NCBI GenBank assembly: GCA_050951325.1
Contig: JBMNIW010000005.1
Coordinates: 224,001-288,000 of the forward strand
DNA from: Clostridia bacterium
GTDB taxonomy: Bacteria; Bacillota; Clostridia; UBA1212; DUPL01
Length of the DNA stretch: 64,000 nucleotides
Reading direction: 5' to 3'
Positions 7,977-18,631 of the stretch are shown piece after piece. The notes under the pieces were generated by a model. The model saw nothing but the letters and a program-made list of their open reading frames with translations. It was not told the DNA's origin and did not search any database. The position numbers were made by a program, and so were the translations under genes. Positions within the stretch are counted from its first letter, which is position 1, and each line of letters opens with the position of its first letter.

Positions 7977-10900
7977 ATGGAGAAGTCTATTGTATTTATT
8001 GATTTGGAAATAGGACAAGACAATAAAATATGTGATATAGGTGCTGTGCGAGGAGATGGAGCAATACTGCATACAAAAGCAGTGAAGGAACTTCGTGAGT
8101 TTGTAGCAGGATCAAAATACGTTTGTGGTCATAATATTATACGTCACGATCTTTTGTATTTGAATGATTTTTTTGATGATGATATTATGCCCATAGATAC
8201 TTTGCTTCTGTCGCCGCTTCTTTTTCCCCAAAAACCTTACCATTCCCTTGTAAAGAATGACAAGATTGTTTCCGATGATTTGAATAATCCTGTAAATGAC
8301 TGCAAGCAGGCAAGAACTCTTTTTTATGATGAGATAAATGCATTCAATTCTCTTGATTCCAATCTAAAAACCATATATTTCGGTTTGCTTGGAAAGACCA
8401 AGGATTTCAATGGTTTCTTCAAATACTTGGGTTTCAATGGGATATGCGTTAATCTGGAAAAACTTATACGTCATGAGTTTGAAGGATTAATATGTGCAAA
8501 TTCCGATGTACAGAATTACATAAAAATGCATCCCATAGACCTTGCGTATGCACTTGCCTTGATTGGTACAAAGGATCCTTATTCAATTTCACCTGGCTGG
8601 ATCAATTATGAGTTCAGCATGATCGAAAATATTCTTCACTATCTTACCAACAAACCCTGCAATAAAGGATGTCCATATTGTAATGACAAACTAGATATTC
8701 ACAAGGCATTAAGCAGGATATTCGGATTTGATTCATTTCGAATATATGATGGTGAACCGCTGCAGGAAAAAGCGGTAAAGGCAGCTGTAGAAGGAAAGTC
8801 ACTACTTGCAGTTTTTCCGACAGGAGGCGGAAAGTCCCTTACATTTCAACTGCCTGCTCTTATAGCAGGGGAGAATTCAAGGGGACTTACTGTCGTTATT
8901 TCTCCACTCCAATCCCTTATGAAGGACCAGGTGGATAATTTGATAAATAAGGGTATTACCAGCGTAGCCACTATAAATGGGCTTTTGAATCCTATTGAAA
9001 GAGCCAATGCCATTGAAAGAGTGTACAACGGTAATGCAAAAATTTTATATATTTCTCCTGAACAGCTTCGCTCCCGAACCATTGAGAAAATGCTGTTGTC
9101 TAGAAATGTTGTTCGCTTTGTAATAGATGAGGCTCACTGTTTTTCTGCATGGGGTCAGGACTTTAGAGTGGACTATCTCTATATCGGTGATTTTATTAAA
9201 CAACTACAGGAGAAAAAAAGCAACAACAAAACAATAGCTGTTTCCTGTTTTACTGCAACTGCCAAGCAAAAAGTAATAGCTGACATATGTGACTACTTTG
9301 AATCCAAACTGGGGCTTAAGCTTGAGATCTTTGCTACAACTTCCACACGTAAAAACCTTCATTACAGGGTGTTGTTCAAGGAATCGGAAGGAGACAAGTT
9401 TAATACCTTAAGAGAACTCATAATTCAGAAAAACTGCCCAACCATTGTTTATGTATCAAGAACCAAAGATGCGGAAAACCTGGCTAAAAAATTGACGGCA
9501 TCCGGAATAAATGCACTACCTTATCACGGCAAGATGGAAACGAATGATAGAATAAAAAACCAGGATATGTTCATCAATAACGAGGTGCAGGTTATTGTAG
9601 CAACCTCTGCTTTTGGAATGGGAGTTGACAAGAAGGATGTCAGGCTTGTTGTGCATTTTGACATATCAGGCTCGCTTGAAAACTATGTCCAGGAAGCAGG
9701 CAGAGCAGGCAGGGACCCAAATCTTCAAGCAGAATGCTATGTGCTTTATAACGACAACGACTTGGACAAGCATTTTGTGTTGATTAATCAAACAAAACTA
9801 ACCATGAGCGAAATACAGCAGGTTTGGCAAGCCATAAAAAGAATGACAAAACATAAACCGTATATTTGCTGTTCAGCTCTTGAGCTTGCAAGGCATGCAG
9901 GATGGGACGAAGAAGATTATCCTGTTGAGACCAGGGTAAAGGCTGCCATTTCCGCATTGGAAAACGCAGGATATGTAAAGAGAGGCTACAACTCTCCAAG
10001 ATGTTATGCCAACAGTATTCTTGCAAGGAACATGGCAGAAGCCTCAAGTCGAATCGATAAATCAAGTTTGTTTGATGAAAAAGGAAAGCAAATTGCCAAA
10101 CACATAATGAGTTTTTTGATTTCAAGAAAAAAAAGTGCTGATGCAGGCAATCGTGAAGCAGAATCAAGAGTAGATTATATTGCAGACCGACTCGGTTTGG
10201 CGAAAGAAGTTATTATAGATTCAATAAACATCATGAGGCTGGAGGGTATTCTTGCTGATGAACAGGATATGTCGGCCCTTATTCTTGATTCAAAGCAGAA
10301 GTCATCACGAATACTAGAAGAGTTTTTTGAACTTGAATTATTTTTACTTGCCCAGCTTGAAACTGAAGGCAGAGCAATTAACCTTAAGAAGGTAAATGAC
10401 AAAGCCCATGACAGAGGAGTTACTCATTCAAATGTCAAGAAAATTAGAAAAATACTTGATTTTCTTAGTCTTAAAAATTATATAGAAAAACAGGAGCATA
10501 TGAAAACCAGTTATGTGGAAGTAAAGTTTAACGAGGAAATATCAAAGATGAATATGAGCTTCCACATAAGGATTGACATATGCCGATTTATAGTCGATGA
10601 GTTATATTCCATGCTAGAGCAGGGAAAGCTTGTGCATTTCTCGCTTGTCAGCCTGTTTAACTCATATAGAGAAATAGCCAGCCTCGATGTAAACAAGAAG
10701 AAGATTTCTCTAGATCAGGTGAAAGAAGCGCTGTTTTATCTTGAGATAATAGGAGCGATTAAGTTAGAAGGCGGTTTTTTGGTGCATTATCAGGGCATGG
10801 AAATAGAGAGATTGGCAAGAGGAGGAAAAGTCAGATACAAAAAGGAAGACTATAGAATGCTGGACAGGTTCTATGAGCAGAAAATCCAGCAGGTCCACAT

Positions 10901-12767
10901 AGTGGGAGAGTATGCAAACCTTATGGTCAGAGATTATGATGCAGCTCTAAGGTATGTACAGGATTACTTTCAAATGGATTTTAATAAGTTTATAGACAAG
11001 TATTTTAAAGGTGAGAAGAAGAAAGCCTTGGAATACAATATGACTCCGAAAAGATACAAAAAGATATTTGGGCAGCTATCTGACAAGCAAAAAGAGATTC
11101 TTAACGATAAGGATTCAAAATATATAGTTGTGGCTGCAGGGCCTGGCAGCGGCAAAACCCGCGTTCTTGTACACAAACTGGCGTCACTGCTTATTCTGGA
11201 AGATGTAAAGCACGAACAGCTCTTGATGCTTACTTTTTCCCGCGCTGCAGCAACAGAGTTTAAGAAGCGGCTTGCAGATTTGATAGGAGACGCTGCATAT
11301 TATGTGGATATAAAGACTTTTCATTCGTTTTGCTTTGACTTGTTGGGAAGAACGGGCAATTTGGATGAATCTGATGAAGTGGTTAAGAAAGCTGTCAAAA
11401 TGATAAGGAATGGTGAAGCGGAGCTGGGCAAGATAACCAGGACGGTTCTGGTTATTGATGAAGCACAGGATATGGACAAGGATGAGTATAGCCTGATAAG
11501 GGAACTAATAAAATACAATGAAGATATGCGTGTTGTAGCAGTAGGTGACGATGATCAAAACATATATGAATTCAGAGGTTCTTCTTCCGAGTATTTCAAA
11601 TCACTGTTAACTGAATATGATGCAGGCAGATATGAGATGAATGAAAACTTTAGATCAAAAGCCAACATTGTTGCTTTGACAAATGCTTTTGCTGAGACCA
11701 TGAAGAACAGATTAAAAAAGGATCCCATAGTACCCGTTCAAAAAGAAAACGGCATCGTAAGGATCATAAATCATACCAGCATGAATATTGAAGAAGCAGT
11801 AGTAAACAATTTTGTGAAAGAATATAAAGGCGGAACCGCCTGTATTATGACGAATACCAATGAGGAGGCTTTGCGGATCCTGTGGCATCTTGACAGGCAC
11901 AATATACAGGCCAAGCTTATCCAATCGAATGACGGCTTTAAAATGTACAATTTGGTGGAAGTCAGATATTTTCTTACCCAGATAGACAAAGAACTGTCTT
12001 CACCGGTTATAAGTGATGAGCTGTGGAACAAGAATAAAGAAAAAACGTTGAAAAAATATGCCAGAAGCAGCTGCATCAATATTATAAAAAACTTTTTTGG
12101 AGAGTTTGAGAAAGTCAACAAAGAAAAGTACAGATCAGATCTTGAGGAGTTTTGCAGAGAGTCGAATTACGAAGACTTTTATGATGAAAACGACGACAAG
12201 ATATATGTTTCAACCATACACAAGTCAAAAGGTCGTGAGTTTGACGAAGTATACATCATGCTTTCCAACATATATCCAAGTGATGATGAGCAGAAGCGTA
12301 AATTGTACGTTGGTATTACACGAGCAAAAGAAGCCCTCTATATTCACTGCAATACGAACATCTTTAAGAACTGCTCGTTACCCGGAGTTGAAATTGTTTA
12401 CGACAATTTCGAGTACGGAGAGACGGAAGAGATTATACTTCAGCTAACTCACAGAGATGTCAATTTGGGGTTTACCAAGTTGAAAAATAAAGTGTTGTTT
12501 AACATTATGAGCGGTGACTTGCTTTCTCTTGATAATGGTTACCTTACTGCTGAGTTTAATGGCAGGACTCATAAAGTAGTTATGTTCTCTAAGAAGTTTA
12601 AGAAAACACTTAATGAGTATTTTGAAAAGGGTTATGTTTTTGATAGAGCGGAAGCTAGGTTTCTTGTATCATGGCGGGATAAGGAGGATAACAAGGAATA
12701 TCCTCTTGTTCTTCCAAACATTTACATGAAGAAGGTGGAAGCAATTGAGAAAATCAGCACATTCTAA
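7977..12767 (+). CDS. Large DEDD-exonuclease / RecQ (SF2) / UvrD-like (SF1) double-helicase fusion
   Basis: FIDLE...GHNIIRHD...NDC exonuclease motifs; PTGGGKS, DEAH, TATA, QEAGRAGRD (RecQ); AGPGSGKT, DEAQD, GDDDQNIYEFRG, STIHKSKGREF, YVGITRA (UvrD). ATG at 7977 assumed. Confidence 0.88.
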   Translation: MEKSIVFIDLEIGQDNKICDIGAVRGDGAILHTKAVKELREFVAGSKYVCGHNIIRHDLLYLNDFFDDDIMPIDTLLLSPLLFPQKPYHSLVKNDKIVSDDLNNPVNDCKQARTLFYDEINAFNSLDSNLKTIYFGLLGKTKDFNGFFKYLGFNGICVNLEKLIRHEFEGLICANSDVQNYIKMHPIDLAYALALIGTKDPYSISPGWINYEFSMIENILHYLTNKPCNKGCPYCNDKLDIHKALSRIFGFDSFRIYDGEPLQEKAVKAAVEGKSLLAVFPTGGGKSLTFQLPALIAGENSRGLTVVISPLQSLMKDQVDNLINKGITSVATINGLLNPIERANAIERVYNGNAKILYISPEQLRSRTIEKMLLSRNVVRFVIDEAHCFSAWGQDFRVDYLYIGDFIKQLQEKKSNNKTIAVSCFTATAKQKVIADICDYFESKLGLKLEIFATTSTRKNLHYRVLFKESEGDKFNTLRELIIQKNCPTIVYVSRTKDAENLAKKLTASGINALPYHGKMETNDRIKNQDMFINNEVQVIVATSAFGMGVDKKDVRLVVHFDISGSLENYVQEAGRAGRDPNLQAECYVLYNDNDLDKHFVLINQTKLTMSEIQQVWQAIKRMTKHKPYICCSALELARHAGWDEEDYPVETRVKAAISALENAGYVKRGYNSPRCYANSILARNMAEASSRIDKSSLFDEKGKQIAKHIMSFLISRKKSADAGNREAESRVDYIADRLGLAKEVIIDSINIMRLEGILADEQDMSALILDSKQKSSRILEEFFELELFLLAQLETEGRAINLKKVNDKAHDRGVTHSNVKKIRKILDFLSLKNYIEKQEHMKTSYVEVKFNEEISKMNMSFHIRIDICRFIVDELYSMLEQGKLVHFSLVSLFNSYREIASLDVNKKKISLDQVKEALFYLEIIGAIKLEGGFLVHYQGMEIERLARGGKVRYKKEDYRMLDRFYEQKIQQVHIVGEYANLMVRDYDAALRYVQDYFQMDFNKFIDKYFKGEKKKALEYNMTPKRYKKIFGQLSDKQKEILNDKDSKYIVVAAGPGSGKTRVLVHKLASLLILEDVKHEQLLMLTFSRAAATEFKKRLADLIGDAAYYVDIKTFHSFCFDLLGRTGNLDESDEVVKKAVKMIRNGEAELGKITRTVLVIDEAQDMDKDEYSLIRELIKYNEDMRVVAVGDDDQNIYEFRGSSSEYFKSLLTEYDAGRYEMNENFRSKANIVALTNAFAETMKNRLKKDPIVPVQKENGIVRIINHTSMNIEEAVVNNFVKEYKGGTACIMTNTNEEALRILWHLDRHNIQAKLIQSNDGFKMYNLVEVRYFLTQIDKELSSPVISDELWNKNKEKTLKKYARSSCINIIKNFFGEFEKVNKEKYRSDLEEFCRESNYEDFYDENDDKIYVSTIHKSKGREFDEVYIMLSNIYPSDDEQKRKLYVGITRAKEALYIHCNTNIFKNCSLPGVEIVYDNFEYGETEEIILQLTHRDVNLGFTKLKNKVLFNIMSGDLLSLDNGYLTAEFNGRTHKVVMFSKKFKKTLNEYFEKGYVFDRAEARFLVSWRDKEDNKEYPLVLPNIYMKKVEAIEKISTF

Positions 12768-12832
12768 ATTGACTTTGTGATTTTGAGATGGTAACATTTA
12801 GTTATATTTATACATATGTGGGAGATGTTTAA

Positions 12833-13693
12833 ATGCGGCAGAGATCGGAACTTCACGGTATGAAAACGGGGGAACATTTGGATATATTCAACAACAAACC
12901 CTTTAACCAGGTAAAATGTTATTTTCATGATACGTATTATATGGGTGCTATAAACATGCACAAACACAATTTTTATGAACTTAACATGGTTACAAGGGGA
13001 ACTGGGCTGCTCTGTATGGACAAAGATAGTACTGTAGTGGAAGAAGGGAATGTGTTCCTTATACTCCCGAATGTTGAACATGGGTACATGATTGATAACA
13101 ACCTGATTGTATTTCATATGCTCCTGCACAGCAATTTCATTTCAAGATACTCAAAGGAACTTAATTCGTTATCCATCTCATTGCAAAATAATCTGAACAT
13201 AACCTTAGATAAAAGCGAACTAGACGAAATTATGAATTTGTTAATTGAACTGGATCAGCTTCAAAGGTCTTCTGACACTTCTTCCGACATCATGAAAAAT
13301 TCCCTTTCTTTGTACCTTATATGCAGACTATCCCGACACATGCCTGAAAAAGATAAGAATGATGAAAAAACATATTCTGAAGGAATAGTAAAATGTGTGG
13401 AGTACATGAATCTCAATTACAAGGAAAGTATAAATATGAAAAAGATATGCAGCATGCTGGGTGTTTCGTACTCAACATTGCGAAGATATTTCATGGGAGT
13501 GTACGAAATGACACCGTCGGATTATCTAAGGGAATTAAGGATAAGGCATGCAATCGACCTTCTAAAAAATAGTGACAAACCTATTCTTGAAATTGCGTTG
13601 GAATGCGGTTTTTATGACAGGTCTCACTTTAACAGGACATTCAAGGATAAAACCGGATACACTCCGCATGCATACAGAAATATTCAACTATGA
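12833..13693 (+). CDS. AraC-family transcriptional regulator
   Basis: N-terminal cupin (HKHNFYEL...NVEHGY) and C-terminal double HTH (IALECGFYDRSHFNRTFK...GYTP). Confidence 0.9.
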   Translation: MRQRSELHGMKTGEHLDIFNNKPFNQVKCYFHDTYYMGAINMHKHNFYELNMVTRGTGLLCMDKDSTVVEEGNVFLILPNVEHGYMIDNNLIVFHMLLHSNFISRYSKELNSLSISLQNNLNITLDKSELDEIMNLLIELDQLQRSSDTSSDIMKNSLSLYLICRLSRHMPEKDKNDEKTYSEGIVKCVEYMNLNYKESINMKKICSMLGVSYSTLRRYFMGVYEMTPSDYLRELRIRHAIDLLKNSDKPILEIALECGFYDRSHFNRTFKDKTGYTPHAYRNIQL

Positions 13694-13695
13694 TG

Positions 13696-14526
13696 TCAAT
13701 AATTGTGTATTTCAAAACCACAGTTTTCGCAGACTGCATCTACTACCAAGTTACTATCAATATAAAATTTGAAATTGATCTTTGAATTATTATGTTCTTT
13801 CACAATACCGCTCATTTTCCCTCTGATAGGATACAACAAATCAAAGTGCTTGCCTGCTTCAATTATTATTGCTTCAATCTTCATATTTCGCTGAGTAATT
13901 ATTACCTTGTCTGAAAAAACTTGTGCTTTTGCTCCAAGATATGTGGCAAGACGGTATTCTTGCATATTATAGATGATTGCGCAAATACAGCCCTCAAAGT
14001 AAAATTTACAAAAGGGTATGTCTGCAACAGACATCATTATTGAAAAGTTGTCCATTTCGTTTGATTGGACCCATACATATCTTTTTGGGAAAGATTTTCC
14101 TTTGTCGAATTCGATATATCCTGTACCCTCATTAAAGTCATATATCTCATCTTCTACTGAAAGAATTCCTTTTAAATTGTGTTTCATGCTGACAACTCCA
14201 TGCCTGCACTCCATGGGAAAGTATTTAAAAAAGCTCATGATGTCAGTTTTTAATGGAGTAAGATTTGTGTATTCAATAAGTCCTTTAACTGTCCGGCAAA
14301 TCAATTTCTACTGCCCATATCAGAAAAACTACATAAGCCAATGATTAATAGCCTGCTTTCTGATTGTCTGCATTGTCAAAACTATATTGCAAGTGAGCAC
14401 GTATCTGTTATTACCTGAATAAAAGAGTTGCTTTGTAGATATGCCTGGTATGAAGCATGCTACCTTGTTGTTTTTCTGATGTTTGAAGTAAAAGCCATGA
14501 AAGAAAGGATCTTTTGAGCAATACAA
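13696..14526 (-). pseudogene. Tocopherol-cyclase-like protein, multiply frameshifted in the 5' third
   Basis: Family-like segments lie in different frames: FHGFYFKHQ...FIPG, SFIQVITD, LIIGLCSFSD, then the open C-terminal part (MECRHGVVSMKH, GYIEFDKGKSFP, YRLATYLG). Confidence 0.65.
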
Positions 14527-14635
14527 TCATCTCCTAAATGTTAATTAAACTATATTATTCGCATTAAATAATTAAATATTTATATTGTATCATGTAAAGA
14601 AAACTATATAATAAAGCTAGAACATAAACTAAAGG

Positions 14636-16594
14636 ATGGTGCAAATGTTAAAACGAATATTACTGATTTCCTTAACATTGATATGTATGGGCAGTTTGTT
14701 TACAAGGGCTACGGAGACTAAAAAAGCACATACGGGCCATATTGTAGGCATAGATACTTATGGTAGAAAGGTAAACCCTGTATCCGGGTATAAAAAAGAC
14801 AAGTATGTGGGTCTTTTTTATCATACATGGCACGGTTTTACTGGAACCAACAGGATTTTTGATGTTACAAAAATCATGAGGGAAAATCCGGAGGAGCTTT
14901 GGAAAAAGGACAGTACCATAGCCCCTATAAACCAAAACTACTATTTCAATGAGCCATTGTACGGCTATTACAACTCCGCCGATCCATGGGTTATTAGAAA
15001 GCATCTTGAACTGTTTATGGCAGCAGACATTGACTTTCTTGCTCTTGACTTTACAAACGCAATAGTATACGACAGGGTAATGCCAACCATGTTGGACATT
15101 TACATGGAGTACCTGGAACAAGGCTACAAAGTCCCGCAACTTGTATACTTTACAAACACAGAAAGCGGCAAGGTCGTCCAGGGTGTGTATGACATCATGT
15201 ACAAGGATGAAAAATACAAGGACTTGTGGTTCTATGGACCCTACGACAAGCCTTTGATAATAGCATGGGAAGACGATATGCCTGAAGAACTGAGAGATTT
15301 TTTCCATATAAGACCTCCACAGTGGCCGGATGAGGAATTCATGCCTAACGGCTTCCCATATGTCGATAAGGTAAGACCACAGAGAACGTATACCGACCTT
15401 GTTGTTGTATCAGTAACCCAGCATACAGGAGGAGCTTTCAGCTGGTCGTTCAACGGCCCTCATGGAAAGACCAGAGAAAGCTGGGGAAGAGGGTACACCA
15501 CTGACAATCCTACAAACTGGGATCCTGAAAGAATCCAAAGGGGAGCAAACTTCCAGGAACAATGGGATTATGCAATAAGCGTAGATCCGCAGATTATTTT
15601 TGTAACAGGTTGGAATGAATGGGTTGCGTGCAAGTTTGTAAGTGATGATTTCAAAAACTATGGTGATGTTCCTTACTGGGTTGACACATTCAATACGGAG
15701 TTTTCCAGAGATATTGAGATGACAAGATCCAGGGGTTACGTAGTTGGCGAAGATGGCAAGTTTCTTGAGGAAGGTTATGGAGATAACTTTTATCTTCAGT
15801 TTGTTGAAAATGTCCGCAGATTCAAAGGTATAAAAGGTGATACAAAAATCAATGCAAAACACAAGACTGTGGATATTACAAATCCAAACTGGGATGCCGA
15901 CGTGGGAATTCTGTATGAAAACCTTGCGACAAAAAAAGTAGCGAGAGACTTTATAGGGCACTCTGATAGAATCAAATATAGGCAGGCTGCTCCTGACAAC
16001 TTCATAAAGAACATAAGAGTAACTCATGACAATGACTACATATATTTCCGTGTGGAAACAGACGGAGATATAACTCCTTGGGAAAGCGGCAAGACAAACT
16101 GGATGAATTTGTTTATTGGGATAGAGGGAAGTAAAAAGCCTGCATTTGAAAACTATCAATTTGTTGTAAACCGCAATCCTGCAGGTAACAACAAGACGAG
16201 TCTTGAAGCATCCAAGGGCGGTTATGACTTTGAGAAGGTTCAGGATATTGACTATTTGGTGTCTGTTAATGTTATCCAGTTTGCGGTACCAAGAGCAGCT
16301 CTTGGAATAGGCAATGATGCTGTGCTATATTTTAAGGCAGCAGATAGTATCGAACATCAAGACGATATAATGGACTATTATGTTTCGGGATGCTCGGTAC
16401 CAATGGGAAGACTATCATATTTGTATGAAATCGGGAAAGCCAAATGGTTCGATAATGGAGAAGGTGGAACCAAAGACAAGTTTGAGTTGTTTGGACTATC
16501 CCTTATGGAGACATTGATACTCGGAATTTCTATCGTTGCGCTGGTTGCATGCGGATTGGTTATAACTATTATTACAAGGAAGAAGAAAGGATGA
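14636..16594 (+). CDS. Secreted, C-terminally anchored putative glycoside hydrolase (GH99/GH71-like TIM barrel)
   Basis: Signal peptide; YVGLFYHTWH, EPLYGYY...DPWVIRKH, IDFLALD and VTGWNEW motifs; C-terminal TM plus RKKKG. Confidence 0.6.
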   Translation: MVQMLKRILLISLTLICMGSLFTRATETKKAHTGHIVGIDTYGRKVNPVSGYKKDKYVGLFYHTWHGFTGTNRIFDVTKIMRENPEELWKKDSTIAPINQNYYFNEPLYGYYNSADPWVIRKHLELFMAADIDFLALDFTNAIVYDRVMPTMLDIYMEYLEQGYKVPQLVYFTNTESGKVVQGVYDIMYKDEKYKDLWFYGPYDKPLIIAWEDDMPEELRDFFHIRPPQWPDEEFMPNGFPYVDKVRPQRTYTDLVVVSVTQHTGGAFSWSFNGPHGKTRESWGRGYTTDNPTNWDPERIQRGANFQEQWDYAISVDPQIIFVTGWNEWVACKFVSDDFKNYGDVPYWVDTFNTEFSRDIEMTRSRGYVVGEDGKFLEEGYGDNFYLQFVENVRRFKGIKGDTKINAKHKTVDITNPNWDADVGILYENLATKKVARDFIGHSDRIKYRQAAPDNFIKNIRVTHDNDYIYFRVETDGDITPWESGKTNWMNLFIGIEGSKKPAFENYQFVVNRNPAGNNKTSLEASKGGYDFEKVQDIDYLVSVNVIQFAVPRAALGIGNDAVLYFKAADSIEHQDDIMDYYVSGCSVPMGRLSYLYEIGKAKWFDNGEGGTKDKFELFGLSLMETLILGISIVALVACGLVITIITRKKKG

Positions 16595-16600
16595 GGATGT

Positions 16601-17434
16601 ATGAAAAAGGTATTTTTGATTCTTGCTTTTTGTTTGATATTTACTTTATCTTTTGCTTCTGCTGAAGAAGGTCTTGTAAACCTGATAAATGATCATACAT
16701 ACGTTCAGCAGAACAATCTGGCATATTTTGAAGATGGTGTCCTGATTTTGGAAGATATAAATCTTACAGGAGAGTATCTTATCAATTTCAGTGTACCAAG
16801 ACTGACGAATCAGTACATATGGGAAGGCGACATCACCATTAAAGAAATTGACCCTGAAAAAGGTTACAGTGGTGTAAGATTCTGCATAGGATACGACGAT
16901 GCTACTGGAAATTATATCAACCTCATACTAACCAAGAGCATTGGCGTTTCAGCAAACCAAAGAGGAACAACACCTGTGGATGACTTAATCCCTGTAAGCA
17001 AAGAAACCTTTGACAGAGACCTGGAAGAGGGAATGACCTTCCACTTTGAGATTATTAGGGATGGGGCACATGTAATCATGAAAGTGGATGGAGAGACTGT
17101 CATCGACAAGGTATTTGACGAGCAGTACAATCTGTTTACTGAAGGGGATGAACTGAACCTGGGATTTGTATCCTGTTATTGCGTGTTCGAAGTGAAAAAT
17201 CTGGCAGTATATGACGAGAATGTCGAAATTACACCAGAACCAACACCTACAGATACACCAGCGCCAACTGAAGAACCCACCGATACACCTCAGCAAACTC
17301 CTTCAGCAACTGAAAAAACTGATGACAATGCTGAAAATGGAGGCATATCTCCTGTTATTATAATTGTAGCTGTAATAGCTGCATTGGCTGTAGTTGGCAC
17401 TGTAGTATTCTTGATTTCCAGCAAGAATAAGTAA
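16601..17434 (+). CDS. Secreted membrane-anchored beta-sandwich (lectin/DUF1080-like) protein with Pro/Thr linker
   Basis: Signal peptide, FHFEIIRDG...MKVDG beta pattern, TPEPTPTDTPAPT linker, C-terminal TM. Confidence 0.55.
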   Translation: MKKVFLILAFCLIFTLSFASAEEGLVNLINDHTYVQQNNLAYFEDGVLILEDINLTGEYLINFSVPRLTNQYIWEGDITIKEIDPEKGYSGVRFCIGYDDATGNYINLILTKSIGVSANQRGTTPVDDLIPVSKETFDRDLEEGMTFHFEIIRDGAHVIMKVDGETVIDKVFDEQYNLFTEGDELNLGFVSCYCVFEVKNLAVYDENVEITPEPTPTDTPAPTEEPTDTPQQTPSATEKTDDNAENGGISPVIIIVAVIAALAVVGTVVFLISSKNK

Positions 17435-17438
17435 AGAC

Positions 17439-18098
17439 TCAGTTACGTAAAATGAAAGTGTTTTTATGGTAGTCAATCAAACCATCGGCTTTCATTTTAC
17501 TTAATTCTCTTGAGAGAGCACTTCTGTCAACTCCAAGATAGTCCGCCATTGCAAGGCGATTGTAGGGTATTGTGATAATCCTTTCCTTGCTGCTGGTGGA
17601 GTAGGAGTGAAGAAATTGAAGAATCTTTTCTCGAAGGGTTCTTTTAGACAATATGTCAAGTTTTTTGCTTAGATATACATTCTTGTTGGCTAAAAGCTCT
17701 ATAATGTTTTGTATAAGCCTCCTGTGAAATATACAAGCAGATGAGCATGTGGTTAACAATCTGCTTACATCCAGCCACAAGACAACCGAGTCTTCCGTCG
17801 CACATACCATGACGGGAGACTCGTGGTTTTTAGAAAGAGCATATGTTTCTGCAAAAAGGTCATATTGCTGTATTGATGCAACAACAAGTCTGTTGCCGTC
17901 AATGTCTGTACGCAAGACCTGTACCGAACCACTCAATACGGCACCTATGGATCCAATTATTTCACCTTCGAAAATAATAATATCATTCTTTTTATACTTT
18001 TTTACCTTTGCGTCTATGCAGGACCACAATGTTTTTATCTCATCAGTGTCAAGTCCGTCAAACAACACTATCCTGGACAAGTCATAATTGTCAAACAT
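17439..18098 (-). CDS. Crp/Fnr-family transcriptional regulator
   Basis: cNMP-binding domain (LSGSVQV...DLFAE) and HTH (MADYLGVDRSALSRELSKM). Confidence 0.9.
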   Translation of the reverse strand: MFDNYDLSRIVLFDGLDTDEIKTLWSCIDAKVKKYKKNDIIIFEGEIIGSIGAVLSGSVQVLRTDIDGNRLVVASIQQYDLFAETYALSKNHESPVMVCATEDSVVLWLDVSRLLTTCSSACIFHRRLIQNIIELLANKNVYLSKKLDILSKRTLREKILQFLHSYSTSSKERIITIPYNRLAMADYLGVDRSALSRELSKMKADGLIDYHKNTFILRN

Positions 18099-18101
18099 GA
18101 A

Positions 18102-18551
18102 CTATTTCTCCTTGTTTGAAGATACGTCATAAGGCCAGTCAATAATTCCGCCTATATCATACACCTGGGTATATCCCATTTCTAAAAGTTTATACGCGGC
18201 TGTTCTGCTTCTGTTACCGCTTCTGCAATATATAAAAATTACAGCATCCTTGTCCGGCAGCTCTTGATTGGCTCTTGCCTCAAGTTCGTTGACTGGAATG
18301 AGAATGCTGCCTGGTATATGCAACTCGTCATACTCCTCCTGCGTTCTAACATCGAGAAGAATAATGTCGGAATCATCATCAAGGCTTGCCTTTGCAACAG
18401 AGGGTGCAAGCTTCATGTATTTTCCTTCCCGTACTTGCACAGTTCCTGCGCTTTCACAACTTCCGCTTCTTAATATGTACCATATGACAACGGTTGTAAC
18501 TGCAATACCGACAACTAAAATTGTTGATAAAAGCAATGTGTTATTTTTCAT
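18102..18551 (-). CDS. Membrane-anchored rhodanese-domain protein
   Basis: LLDVRT.EEY, HIPGS, active-site YCRSGNRS, GGI..W; N-terminal TM. Confidence 0.9.
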   Translation of the reverse strand: MKNNTLLLSTILVVGIAVTTVVIWYILRSGSCESAGTVQVREGKYMKLAPSVAKASLDDDSDIILLDVRTQEEYDELHIPGSILIPVNELEARANQELPDKDAVIFIYCRSGNRSRTAAYKLLEMGYTQVYDIGGIIDWPYDVSSNKEK

Positions 18552-18601
18552 ACAGCAATTACTCCTTAAAAATGTTATAGCATATTATACCTAAAAAACG
18601 A

Positions 18602-18625
18602 GAAAACCGCCAATTGGCGGTTTTC
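18602..18625 (-). terminator. Intrinsic terminator after gpmI
   Basis: GAAAACCGCC-AATT-GGCGGTTTTC palindrome. Confidence 0.75.
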
Positions 18626-18631
18626 AGTTAT

